A stretch of 63,454 bases of DNA, filler included, from Octopus bimaculoides (taxonomy: Eukaryota), in the NCBI RefSeq assembly GCF_001194135.2. It is 4 parts of 4 records of this genome, joined end to end, with 100 filler letters (N's around TTAATTAATTAA, not from the genome) between each part and the next. Parts side by side here need not be neighbours in the genome. Positions count along the whole stretch, not along the records: positions 31,224 to 58,120 come from NC_069000.1; 3 more parts are not named here. One strand, 5' to 3'. Positions 38,431-52,112 of this stretch are shown here, in pieces. The position numbers and the translations under genes are program-made. The notes beneath the pieces were generated by a model. It was not told the DNA's origin. It ran no database searches and was given only the letters and a program-made list of their open reading frames with translations. The stretch's first letter is position 1; each line of letters starts with the position of its first letter.

Positions 38431-40558
38431 GAATGAACACTCAGATGCTCTCTTATTGGCTCATGGGAATATATATTTTTGTGGTTCTCTTCTTTTATTC
38501 CCATAGTGTATTCTTTACATGCAAAACTCCACTTCTTTTTCTGAGATCTTCTTTTTCTCTAGAAATCTGGGTTCACAAGCAGTATGTGTAGCATGTGCGT
38601 AGCACGTCTCGATACAATTGTTTGGTCTATCATTTCCTTGTAGCTTATGTTTTATTTTGATGGATATTAACAAGCAAATCTTTTCATTGAAAACTTAACC
38701 TTTTCGGCAGACACAACTAGTGATGCTATGACTACACATGATAGCTTTCCTTTATAAATCCTGAGTCAGCATCTATTGTTTTAATGCTTTTTGTAATATT
38801 GGTGCTGGTGGATGCGTTGTATAATGTTACTATTTTGTTTAAACTTGCTTTGTTTTCTTTGACTTTGAGCCGCGTTTGTGTTTGGCGTGACTTCATACTT
38901 TTAGCAATTGATTAGTGGAATCGTAAGAGTGTCTTACGATTCCACCAACCGAAAGACACTCTTTATTGTGGTTGTTATAGCATCTAACTTTATGAGTTTA
39001 ATTTCTGTGGAGGTCAACGTTTCCTTTTATTTGGGATCAATAAAATAAAGTACCAGGTAAGTACTGAGGTAAATTTAATCGACTTAACCCTTTTACTAAA
39101 ATTCTGGCTTTGTGTCTGAATATTAGGTATTCAGTGTGTTATTTTATGTTCTGAGGTCAAATAATGTCGATATCGTACTTTCATTCATTATTTAATTGGT
39201 TAAAATATGTATCTGTTGCAATCTGAGTTTGAATCTTCTCTCTTCCAAAAAATATGTCTGCTTTGTTGTTGTTGTTGACGATGGTGATTATTACATAATG
39301 GTGGCGAATTGGAAGACTATTTCACAGTAATTAAAAAAGTAATGCTTCGTTTCACCGCACATTTTGAAATCAAATCCAAGTAGTATTGACCTTGCTTTAA
39401 AACCCTACTGAGGTCTAAACACAATTGCCAGTCATACAGTGACGAACCGATCGATTAAGAGTTATACATTCATGTGACATGGAATAGCGACAGAAACTTT
39501 GATTGTCACACTAAAAAAAGAAAAAAAAAAAGGGGAAGATAAATCACTCAAATTTCAAGAATATTTAATCCTACCATCTTTGAGATTTAGGATCTAGAAT
39601 TCAAATGGGTTGATTCAGTCAAGTATTCTCTTCCGAATGCAAATCTCAAAATGAAGAAAATACTTTGCAGTATTCCTCTATGTTCCTATATCTTCTGAAT
39701 TCAAAATTTTTCTAGAATAAACCATGAACCCCAGGCAGATACAGAGTCCAATCAAAATAACTGTCTTGCTTCGAGATACTGTTTCAATGGTAGAAATGTT
39801 TCTCCGTATTTAGTTTATTCCGCGTAAGTTCACTGTTCAAATTTGCTTTTCGTATCTTTGGAGTGTGTAAAATTAGGACGCGATATAGTGGGATTATCAA
39901 TAACAATAATCCCCTCTTCTACAGATAAAGTATTGATATAGAAACAGCTGGAAATATGTTTTGAAGGAACAGTTTTACCGTGAACGCAATCACTGACATT
40001 CCGTCAACACCACTGTCACCATCATCAGTCGTTAATAACCATCACCACCTCCTGTTCCTCCACCTCATCCATTTCCCCTCCTCCTCCTCCTGTTCCTCCA
40101 TTTCTACCTCCCCATTTCCTCCCCTCCTTCTTTCCTCCTCTCTCCTTCTCTCCTCCTCTCTCCTTCTTTCCTCCTCTCTCCTTATCTCCTTCTCTCCTCC
40201 TCCTCCTCCACTTTCTCTTCCATTTCTTCCACTTCTTTCTCTTCCACCTCTTCCACTTTGACTGCCACCTCATCTTCCACCATCTCCTCCTTCGTCACTC
40301 TATTCTCTTCTACCTCCTCCTCTTTCACTCTATCCCCTTCTACCTCCTTCTCCTTCACTCTATCCCCTTCTACCTCCTCCTCCTCCTCCTCCTCCTTCAC
40401 TTCATCCGCCTCCTTCTCCACTTCCTCCTCCTCCTCCTCCTCCCCCTCCTCCCCTTCTTCTCTTCCTCCTTCTCATTATTATTTTCTTCATTACCACAGA
40501 ACCAATTTCCACTACCATGACACCTCTGACACCATCAACACCAACGAGGTCATCATTA

Positions 40559-40590
<32 letters not shown>

Positions 40591-41172
40591 ATCATCGTCA
40601 TCATCGTCATTTTTTTTTACTCATTGCTTCTCTTTGATTTTTCTTTCTCTCATCTTTCGTTTCATCTTTTTCTCTCCCTTCGTCTTCTAGTTGTCGTTGG
40701 CACCATCATCTTCCTCCCCATTAGTCACAATCTATCGACTTCTTCGGAAGTACATATACCAGCTGCCGGTTTGGTTGTTATGGGCAACCGAAGTATGACG
40801 TCATTAAAGATGAAAACGCTCGTTGAAGATGCACAGGTGTGTCGTGTGTCAAAGTTGAACTTTGACAGAAGGTTGGAATTGCATCATGTGTGGGTACTAA
40901 CGATCGTTGAGTGTATGAATTGGTTTTATTGCTACAGCATGTGTGCGTGTCTGTGTGTTTGTGAGTATCACGTCTGTGTGACACTGCTGTGAAAGTATTT
41001 AAAGTGGTAAGAGAAACTGTGGTGAGTTCTTTCAGATCGAAAGGAATTTTTGTGTGCTACACACAGACACGCTTACATGCACTTATACACTTTGGCATTA
41101 CATATAATGAACACTACGCTTTTAACACATCTACACAGGCATTTCCATATAATCCATTCATTTAATATTCGC

Positions 41173-41215
<43 letters not shown>

Positions 41216-43136
41216 NNNNNNNNNNNNNNNNNNNNNNNNNNNNNNNNNNNNNNNNNNNNNNNNNNNNNNNNNNNNNNNNNNNNNNNNNNNNNNNNNNNNN
41301 NNNNNNNNNNNNNNNNNNNNNNNNNNNNNNNNNNNNNNNNNNNNNNNNNNNNNNNNNNNNNNNNNNNNNNNNNNNNNNNNNNNNNNNNNNNNNNNNNNNN
41401 NNNNNNNNNNNNNNNNNNNNNNNNNNNNNNNNNNNNNNNNNNNNNNNNNNNNNNNNNNNNNNNNNNNNNNNNNNNNNNNNNNNNNNNNNNNNNNNNNNNN
41501 NNNNNNNNNNNNNNNNNNNNNNNNNNNNNNNNNNNNNNNNNNNNNNNNNNNNNNNNNNNNNNNNNNNNNNNNNNNNNNNNNNNNNNNNNNNNNNNNNNNN
41601 NNNNNNNNNNNNNNNNNNNNNNNNNNNNNNNNNNNNNNNNNNNNNNNNNNNNNNNNNNNNNNNNNNNNNNNNNNNNNNNNNNNNNNNNNNNNNNNNNNNN
41701 NNNNNNNNNNNNNNNNNNNNNNNNNNNNNNNNNNNNNNNNNNNNNNNNNNNNNNNNNNNNNNNNNNNNNNNNNNNNNNNNNNNNNNNNNNNNNNNNNNNN
41801 NNNNNNNNNNNNNNNNNNNNNNNNNNNNNNNNNNNNNNNNNNNNNNNNNNNNNNNNNNNNNNNNNNNNNNNNNNNNNNNNNNNNNNNNNNNNNNNNNNNN
41901 NNNNNNNNTATATATATATATATATATATAGTTAGGATCAACTTAAAAGTACTCTGTCTTGTGAGAGATAAATACCATTTAATATACACTGTATTGAAAA
42001 TAAGATCTACTAATTGTTCATTGCTATTGAGACAGGTTGTAAGGCAAATTTTTATAACGTGCCTTGTGTCTCCAAGTAATCATGACTTCGCAGAATAGCT
42101 GGAAATATAAGGTACGTTATGAAACCGTGCCTAACCACGTGTCTCAAAGGCAAAAAATTATTAGTAGATCTTATTTTGATACAGGGTACATTAAATGATG
42201 TATATACTGTGCGTGCATGTGTGTATATATACATCATTAGATGATGTATATATGTGTGTGTTTGTGTCTGTATACACACACACATGTTACAGTCTGTCAT
42301 ACCGGCCATGATGAAATACCACAAGGTATTGAAAATACGTATTCGCCTTTATATATTTATATATTTAATCCTTTATATTGAACACTCAGTATTTCATATA
42401 TTCAATAAGACATATTCCATATATTCAATAATATATTCAATACTTCATTTCATTGTACCATCCATCTTTTTTTTATATTATATATTATATATTCCATATT
42501 CTATATCCCACATTACTTTTACAAGAATATAAATAAAAAAACATAAAAAACAGACAGAACTGGAACTCTTTTAAATAAAATAATATATATATGATATATA
42601 TGCATTCATATATATGTTTATATGTATGTATATTATAAATTTATATATATGTATATATATTTACAGCACCTACGCGCGCGTACACGCTAAGAGACAGGTA
42701 TATCTATAATAATAGAGACTGCTTGGGTTCACATCACATCTAAGTAGTGTTGTTAGTTTGGTTTCGTCAATATTACAACATATTCATCCAGTCGTTCAAG
42801 TCAAATGAGTTCCTATTGACATTTGTAGTCGCATTTTAATGTTTTGACCAATTACCTCTATTATGCATTTTGTACGTTCAGATATTATATCTTAACCGTC
42901 TAAGATATTGGATCTTAAACTACTGCATAGAAACCATGAACATTAGCTTAAATCATCAAAATATTGGGAGCAGATGAGTTTAGATTCAGTGAGTCCAATC
43001 GATCTGGAATTTTGTAGTTCCGACTTAACTGACAACAAATACCCGAATTTTACATAATATACTAATTTTCTGAGACACATTGTACACACACAGACCATTG
43101 TATACACACTCGCACGTGCACAACACACACACGCAT

Positions 43137-43211
<75 letters not shown>

Positions 43212-43228
43212 NNNNNNNNNNNNNNNNN

Positions 43229-43296
<68 letters not shown>

Positions 43297-44994
43297 ATTG
43301 GATGTGTTGTGTATATAAACAGACAGGCTACTTGTTTCTCTGGTATTGGTCAAATGATGTAGACACCTCCGTTGAAAACCCAGTAAGGTTCGAAATTCTA
43401 TTGAAGCTGTTCGTAACTTTTGTTCAATCTACGAAGAAATAATTAAATTTGCCATGTTTGAACGACTACTACATATGTTAACATAAATATTTATAGATAT
43501 GTATGTCTATATGTGTACATTATGTATTTTGATAGAACTACTCGAAAACTCTTCTTCACCATGCTACAAGTCGGGTAGCCACCTGCAAGCGGCTACGAAG
43601 AAACGCGATAAAAACCTCTTATCGCCCTAATCTAATATGTTAGCCGGTCCCGACAATATTTCTTCTCTTTCTTTCACCTTTCTTTCTTCTGGAGTCTATT
43701 CCAATGTCTGAAAGCATGCTACTCTGTGTCTCATTTCTAAGAATGCAATCTTCTCATTCTACCGACTACCAACTCATTACACTAACTTCAACAATATTGG
43801 AAATAATTGCTACCAAACACCTCCTACACCTACTAGAGTCCCTGTTCCTCATTTATCAAATACACTGGTGACTTGCTCTCCTACTCCTAAGTCACTCTCC
43901 AGTCATCTATCATACTTGAGATATTCACTGAAAGCAAAATCGTTTGTTTTATCCAGCTTTCTTCTCCTGAACCATTGCAACCGTTTAGTTCTTGACAATC
44001 TAATCTCTCTTTTTCTCTTTCTCTCTGTCTCTCTGTCTCTCTCTGTCTCTCTTTCTCTCTGTCTCTCTCTGTCTCTATCTTTCTCTCTCTGTCTCTCTTT
44101 CTCTCTGTCTCTATCTTTCTCTCTCTGTCTCTCTTTCTCTCTGTCTCTCTCTGTCTCTCTTTCTCTCTGTCTCTTTCTGTCTCTCTGTCTCTCTCTGTCT
44201 CGCTTTCTCTCTGTCTCTCTTTCTCTCTGTCTCTCTCTGTCTCTCTTTCTCTCTCAACTATGGCATACCTCCAATGGCAATACTCCCCACACCCTACTTC
44301 CTCTATCTTAGCCGTCCACTCGCAATAGTTTTTGCTGGAGTTAACATAATGCATGCCATGATACACATCTCCAGATGTCCTCTTGTCTCCAGAAAAAAAA
44401 AAAAGCCACGGTGTTTTTTCTTATGGCATTCAGTTCCAGAGAATTCCTATTTTGGAGAAAATCTCCCCTTCGCATTCGCAATCAGTTGTAGTTGCCACAA
44501 CAACGATATTTTACCTTTTCTCGAAGCAATGACGATTTCAATATTCAAAGAAATCAAGAATTTAATTGTATAGTATTTAATGTACCTTTCTTCGTCTTCG
44601 TTTTATATATGTATATGTGTGTGTTTGTGTGTGTGTGTATGAGTGCATGTGTAATCATAATGTACGCGTGCGAGAATCTAAAAGGGAGTGCGCATGCGTT
44701 TGTTTGTTTTTTAAGTAACTGCAAGGGCTGTCACAAAACCCGATAGACTTCGTAGCATCGACAGCTCTGTTGGGACATTTGGGCGCGCGCACACACACTC
44801 ACACACATGCACACATACATGCACACATACATGCACACACGTACACAAAGAAACAAAAAAAAAACAACATAATGAAAGAGAAAGAGAAACGGAATGTGAT
44901 AAATGATGAAGCTAGATATATTACTCATTAATTGTCTTGAAAAATAAATAGACGTATTCGACTACTACAGGCAGGTATATATTTTTGCGCTTGT

Positions 44995-45029
<35 letters not shown>

Positions 45030-45466
45030 CACGTGTGTTTATACATACAAGCACACAGAAGCAAAATACACATGCCCACATGCATAAGGAATATATTGCT
45101 GTGTGACCTTTGAAAGAAAAAAAAAACCAAAGCTGGTGATTATTCTTGTTGACTAGTTTGTCCCTTACTTAGCTCAGAGACCAAGTGGAGATTGATGTAT
45201 ATAAATTTCATATGAGTTGAATAAAGTGTGGCTGGTTTCTCGATAGTAGAACAACTTTTTAATGCTGTCAACTGAGTATTGATCCAGAATATCTATTTAT
45301 GAGCTGACGGGGCAGGGACGGAGTGTGCAAGTTAGAGATAGCAGAAAGAAGAAAACTAGAGAAAGAAGGAAGGATGTGGTATAAATATAGTTCTGTATTT
45401 AAGAGATGAGGAATTATGTACATTATTTACATTTGACGGATATTTGTCTTCATCTTGTTTGTTGTT

Positions 45467-45512
45467 AACACAACGTTTCGGCTGATATACCCTCCAGCCT
45501 TCATCAGGTGTC
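45467..45512 (-). ncRNA. Minimal type I hammerhead ribozyme (Penelope-type)
   Basis: gacac CUGAUGA a ggcug gaggguauau cagcc GAAA cguu guguu: stem I GACAC/GUGUU, 5-bp stem II, palindromic ACGU in place of stem III, cleavage triplet GUU, extra A after A9. Confidence 0.8.
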
Positions 45513-45558
45513 TTGGGGAAATTTCGAATTGGGTTCTCATTCCTAAGGTATTTTTCGA

Positions 45559-45612
<54 letters not shown>

Positions 45613-45875
45613 NNNNNNNNNNNNNNNNNNNNNNNNNNNNNNNNNNNNNNNNNNNNNNNNNNNNNNNNNNNNNNNNNNNNNNNNNNNNNNNNNNNNNNNN
45701 NNNNNNNNNNNNNNNNNNNNNNNNNNNNNNNNNNNNNNNNNNNNNNNNNNNNNNNNNNNNNNNNNNNNNNNNNNNNNNNNNNNNNNNNNNNNNNNNNNNN
45801 NNNNNNNNNNNNNNNNNNNNNNNNNNNNNNNNNNNNNNNNNNNNNNCGATTCCAAGCAGTGACCTGAATAATAAC

Positions 45876-45949
<74 letters not shown>

Positions 45950-46007
45950 TAATAAGAACATCGAAAAATACCTTAGGAATGAGAACCCAGGTTCGAAATT
46001 TCCCCAA

Positions 46008-46053
46008 GACACCTGACGAAGGCTGGAGGGTATATCAGCCGAAACGTTGTGTT
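46008..46053 (+). ncRNA. Minimal type I hammerhead ribozyme (Penelope-type)
   Basis: gacac CUGACGA a ggcug gaggguauau cagcc GAAA cguu guguu; the only change is at the tolerant core position 7. Confidence 0.8.
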
Positions 46054-46118
46054 AACAACAAACAAGATGAAGACAAATACCTGCCAAATGTAAATAATGT
46101 GGTATAAATATGCTTGTA

Positions 46119-46149
<31 letters not shown>

Positions 46150-46384
46150 TTGTGTGCGTGTGTGTGTACAAGCATGTATGTATGTGCATGTGTGTGAATA
46201 TTTATACAAACATACAAGCACAATGCATATATGCATATGTGTGTGTGTGTGCGGGGTGTGTGTGTGTGTATTTTTATGTCCACATGTTCGGACTGGATAT
46301 TGGCTGGATGCAGACGCAACTTTGGCAACAGGCTATAGCACAGTATATTCAATGACATTAGTTCCTAATATTCAATACCACACA

Positions 46385-47850
46385 GGGTAGGGTAAGATGT
46401 TGGCGCGTTTCAGCAGCTCATCGTTCAATGGCGTATGAACACACTAACGGAAGCGGTCTTTATGAGAGAGTAACTGTTTTGTCGGTGTTGGGTTACAAGT
46501 GAGGTTGTGTGACGAATATGCAGGGCGGCAGGGATCAAGTACCTTTCCTTTTATGTGAGGGTCAGCTTCGCTTAGGTTTTGCCCTCGGGTAGTATATTCG
46601 GGTTGTTAATGGCGCGAGGCTTGAAGTGTATTAACAGAGCATACCTCTGGTAGCAAAAATGAGAGAACTCATTCTTCCTATTCATGGATTTTGCGGGTTG
46701 GTGCAGTATGTGTAGTCTCCTATGGAGACAGTTAGCAATTGCTATCTTCAGGTAAGGAAGAGCCCTGTCAAGAATATTCCTTTGGACGTTGAGTAAGTCA
46801 TTTCGAAGGTCTCAGACTCTCCAGATGAAGCGGGAGGGTAGAATAATTTTTCCTATTCCAGCACATGAAGAAGTGCATGTACCGTGTATATCTTTCCTTA
46901 AAGTTCTTGATTGTCATGTCTTATGATGCTATTGAATGCTGTGAGGGTACACTATATACTACAGCCTTTAAGAGGCAGGGTCTTCCCACTTGGCAACTGG
47001 TAGAATTTCGGCGGTTACCGTTTGAAGCTATGTAGGTGCATGTTTATCTCTATTGTAGCGAGCGACGTTTGAAGCGATGTGGTTAAAACAGGAGTAACTG
47101 ATCTTGACAATTATGGTGATTGAAGAGTTTATAATTGTTATGGGTTCTAAGGAAATGCATTTTAATTAACACCATGAAGCTTCTGGCTATATTGGTTGAA
47201 ACTTTTAATTTTAATGGAGGATTGAATCAGATTATTATCATTCCCTTTCTGACTTTCGTCGGATTCGGAGGTGGTTTGGGGTTCTTTATATACACTCACT
47301 TATCGGTAAAGCCACTCCTTGCTAATGACTCCTAATAATCGGGTGCGGCTCACTTGACGATCTATCTGTTTGCTCATTGACTTGAGATTCTTCTATTGAT
47401 GTCTGTGACTAGATTTTCAATGAGAACCGGGAGTAGAGTGCTTATAACTATTACTAATTTCCTCACTAGACTGTAAGGGTAGTACTGTTTCATTCTCAGG
47501 TCTAGGTTTATGCTCAGGAAGGTGATCTTTGTCAAATTAGTGGTTACTGTTATGAAATAGGCTGAATTCTTTGAACTTCTCTATGGAGTGAGAGCTAACA
47601 TGGCTTGAGATTTTTAAACCATCATTCCAATATGGAACCGAACTATTAGGGTGTGTGTATTTCCTTAGGGTATCAAGGCTAAAGAACCTGAAAGAGTCCA
47701 CAACCTCAGTCTTGTTATAACTCCCCATATATACATCAAACACTGAATCATCTTTCTTGAGGAATTATCGTGAAACAGGCCTGACTTTCATACTGATTCT
47801 AACATCAAGATCGTTGATTTTGGTGAATCGCCTAACAAAACCCTGGGCTT
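46385..47850 (-). mobile_element. Decayed Penelope-like retroelement: RT C-terminal half, linker, GIY-YIG, 3' end with degenerate hammerhead
   Basis: FDVYMGSYNKTEV (47702-47740; PLE RT motif FDVTMGSxDGAE), II*FNPP..VSTNIARSFMVLIKMHF...KLFN...VKISYSC (about 47240-47088), KAVVY...FKERY...MNRKNE, and CGATGA-gctgct-GAAACGCGCC near 46402-46423. Many stops and frameshifts. Confidence 0.85.
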
Positions 47851-47887
47851 TCTTTCAAGCCCCCTAACTCCCTCCCTACATATATGC

Positions 47888-47922
<35 letters not shown>

Positions 47923-48429
47923 TGTACGTATGTAGGTATGTATGTATGTATGTATGTATGTATGTGTATGTGTGTGTGGAGAGAAAGAGAGGGAGGAAAG
48001 GAGGGAGAGAGGCAGAGAGTCCCACCGACCGACAGCTAGTCAGACAAGATAGACATAGAAAACGGAAACATAAATCATCGATAAAAAAGAAGATAGAAAT
48101 TTTACAATAAATGGAAGCTACGGTTTAAACTCAATAAAAATAATGATGTATCAGAGAAACAACAAAAACAGTTGATATTAAAATTACAATAACAATATAA
48201 TGGCAAACGAAGAACGAAATGAGTAAAGGTTACTAGAAAAAAAAAAAAAAGAATAATGTCAATGAAGGAAAATAACGCAAAACAAAGTGGGAAGAGAAGC
48301 AAAGATGATAGGTATGGTTTCATTAGTGATTTCATTAGTAAATATATTTTTGGTGCTTTCTTTCGATTTGAAAGTTTGAAGGAAAAAATAATCTGATAGG
48401 GAAATGCAAGGGTGTATGTGATGGTACAA

Positions 48430-48431
48430 AC

Positions 48432-48501
<70 letters not shown>

Positions 48502-48697
48502 GCACACAATACAAATATATGATATAAATATACATAATATATTATATATATGTATATAATATATAAGATATAGTATATATATAGTGCTTAAATACATAGT
48601 ATATACAAATATAGTATATTATATTGCATATAATGTATGTATATATATATATATATAGTATATAATATGGCATATGATATATATGTATATAGTATAT

Positions 48698-48789
<92 letters not shown>

Positions 48790-49291
48790 GATAGAGAGAG
48801 AGGGAGAGTGAAAGAGAGAGAGAGAATATGATTACATATACAGAATATGACAGAGGAAATAGATAGAGAAGCAACTATATAATGATGTAGTAGGAGAGAT
48901 ATAGACGAGTGCGAAACAGAACAGAGAATGCGAAAACCGATAAAGATAATATGAGGGAGGCAGAGTGAAGCGAGAGTAGAGACGATTGGTGGATTGATAG
49001 GAAACAAGAGTGTACAGAGAGTGTGTAGGATGGCGAATTGAGAAATAGCGAAAGTGAGTGTGGGAGAGTTCATGAAAGAATATGAGGGAAAGTGAGGGGG
49101 ATAAATTGATAAACTGATAGATAGAGAGAGGGGGTGGATAGAGTATGAGTAAGCGATGGCTAAGAATTAAGGAAAGGTATAGACTAAGAGTATGAGGTAG
49201 ATGAATATGAAAGAGAGATGGCTTGATAGACAGAGATGAAATGAAAAGAGAGAGAAAGAGGAAGAGAGAGAAAGAGAGAAAGAGAGAGAGT

Positions 49292-49336
<45 letters not shown>

Positions 49337-49392
49337 GTAGATAGGTAGATAGATAGATAGATAGATAGATGGATAGGTAGATAGGTAGATAG

Positions 49393-49471
<79 letters not shown>

Positions 49472-50055
49472 AAGAAAGTGAAGAAGACACAATAGTGAAG
49501 CTGTGAAAGATGAAGAGAGGTAGAAATAGCATACATAAATAAAAATCGCGGGTAAGAAAGGCAAGTGTGAAAAGAAAGAGGAATATTGATATGTGGTTGA
49601 AGAGAGCAAGTAGTTATATGAGAGTTTATCAGTGAAAAAGTAGAAGGTAAAAGAGATGGATTGAGAATACGAGACAGTGTATAAGAATTGTGAGAGTGAA
49701 CGAAAGAGAGTGTCTATGAGAACAGAATGTCAGTGAGAGGCGTGAGATAGGAAGAAAGAAGTGTAGAGAGAGGCGAGAGACGGGAATGGGGAAGAAAGAG
49801 GGGGATGGGAAGAAAGAGAGAGAGAGAGAGAGAGAAAGGGAAAGAGAAGGTATTATGGGACAAAGAGTTTGTGTACGTTAATAAAAGAAAAGAGAAGAGA
49901 TGGTCGGAGAGCGAGGAGAGAGAAAAGGGGGAGAGATCAAATAAGAAAGAAGGGAAGAAAGAGAGAAAGATTAGGAGAAATGACAATAATATTAGTGTGC
50001 AAACGAGCGACGACAGAAAGGGCAGTAGGGATTCTGTGAGAAAGTGTGTAGTGAG

Positions 50056-50102
<47 letters not shown>

Positions 50103-50652
50103 NNNNNNNNNNGAGGGGGGTGTTGATAGCAGTGTGTGGGAAAGATAAAAGGCGCACAGTGAAGGGAGTTATAGGAGCACGAAATATAAACATGTCATAG
50201 AAGCAGACGGGAGAGAAAAAATGGTGAATATGAAATGTGCGAGAGAGAGAAGAGACGTATGTTGGTGTAGCATTATTATTTGAGATAGATCGATTAACAA
50301 GTATATGTGAGAGAGTGTGTGTAGTAGGGGGGAGAGGGGAGAGAGGGAGGAGGGAGAGAGAGAGAGAGGGTGAGCTAGTGAGATAGAGAGAGTGACATAG
50401 AGAGAGAGGAGAGATAGAAAGAGGAGAGATTGATAGATAGATATATATATAGAGAGAGAGAGAAGAAGAGAGAGAGAAGGAGAGAGAGAAAGGAGAGAGA
50501 GAGAAGGAGAGAGAAGGAGAGAGAGAAAGGAGAGAGAGAAAGAGAAGGAGAGAGAGAGATAGAGAGAGAGAGAAGGAGAGAGAGAGAGAAGGAGAGAGAG
50601 AGAAGGAGAGAGAGAGAGGGTGACATAGAGAGAGGAGAGATAGAAAGAGGAG

Positions 50653-50683
<31 letters not shown>

Positions 50684-50710
50684 AGGAGAGAGAGAGACAG
50701 AGACAGAGAG
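48430..50710. repeat. Compound (CA)n/(TA)n/(AG)n/(AGAT)n microsatellites and purine-rich low-complexity DNA
   Basis: Direct reading. Confidence 0.9.
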
Positions 50711-50711
50711 T

Positions 50712-50938
50712 GTGTGAATGTGCATGTATGAATGTGCATGTATAAATGTGCATGTGTGAATGTGCATGTATGGATGTGCATGTGTGAATGTGCATGTATG
50801 AATGTACATGTGTGAATGTGCATGTATGAATGTGCATGTGTGAATGTGCATGTGTGAATATGCACATGTGAATGTGCATGTATGAATGTGCATGTGTGAA
50901 TGTGCATGTGTGAATGTGCATGTGTGAATGTGCATGTA
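50712..50938. repeat. 14-bp minisatellite (TGAATGTGCATGTR) x about 16
   Basis: Direct reading; 14 units retain TGCATG. Confidence 0.9.
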
Positions 50939-51548
50939 AATAAATACAATCGTTATATGGATCAATAAAGAACTCCCACGATGTTGCGAGTAATCGAAGA
51001 TGAATTAAAATGTTATTGCTTTATTATGAATTTGAAACGAAGCCAGCTTCATCAAGTAAATTTCTGGCTGGCAGATTAATTTATGTATGCATTTATATAT
51101 GGTAAGCGTGTATGGATGCATGTAAATATACGTACAAACATGCACTCATACACACACATATATACAGACACGTACGCGTACGCATTCGCACGCACGCGCG
51201 TGCGCGTAAGTTCGTCAATACACGAAGTAATTTCTCTCCTCTGAAATAACATTTACCTTTACCCACTCTTGCTACTATATTTTCGCAGGTAAATAACTTC
51301 CCTAATGCCTTATATCTTTAAAACCACTGTTCAGCTATATATACAAATATATATATATATATGTATATATGTATATATATATATCAATTAGAAAATGGAG
51401 GATAATATGCTGAACCCAACGACTTGCAACTTGCAGACAGTGTATCCCGTTACTAGTGTAACAATAATTGGGTACCCTCCCAGCAGTATATTGGATAGAT
51501 ACTATACCTTAGTGGGTTGAATCCTCAACCCCTAACTCTCTCGCACTA

Positions 51549-51594
<46 letters not shown>

Positions 51595-51872
51595 GCTATC
51601 TGTAAAAATATGTGACACTTATCCGGTAGCCATGATAAAACTCCGAGTTTCGAGTACCGGGGTAGGAACCCGTCGAGTAAATCGACCTCAGGACTTAATT
51701 CTTTGTAAGCCTAGTACTTATTCTATCGGTGTCTTTTGCCGAACCGCTAAGTTATGGGGACATAAACATACCAACATTTGCTGTCAGGCAATGGTAGAGG
51801 GACACACACAAACACACGCACGCACACACACACACACACACACACACGCGCACACGCGCGCACACACATATA

Positions 51873-52066
51873 GGAGCAGGAATGGATGTGTGGTCAGTAG
51901 CTATAGGCGCAAGAGTGGTTGTCTGGTAAGTAGCTTTATTGCCAACCGCATGGTTCGGGTTCAGTTCCACTGCGTGGCACCTTGGGTAAGTGTCTTTTAC
52001 TGTAGCCTCGGGTCGACCAAGGCCTTGTGAGTGGATTTGGTAGGCGGAAACTGAAAGAATCACGTC

Positions 52067-52112
<46 letters not shown>

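Larger units (their letters stand above)
45389..46096. mobile_element. Inverted (head-to-head) dimer of a tRNA-head/(AAT)n/hammerhead-tail element with a 15-bp TSD
   Basis: ATGTGGTATAAATAT at 45374-45388 and 46097-46111 flanks two inverted arms. The centre is hidden by the gap at 45613-45846. Confidence 0.85.

Noticed and set aside
43690-44380. Possible L2/CR1-type LINE remnant split by a (CT/GT) microsatellite
   Set aside because: Only vague peptide resemblance; no diagnostic motif could be read.
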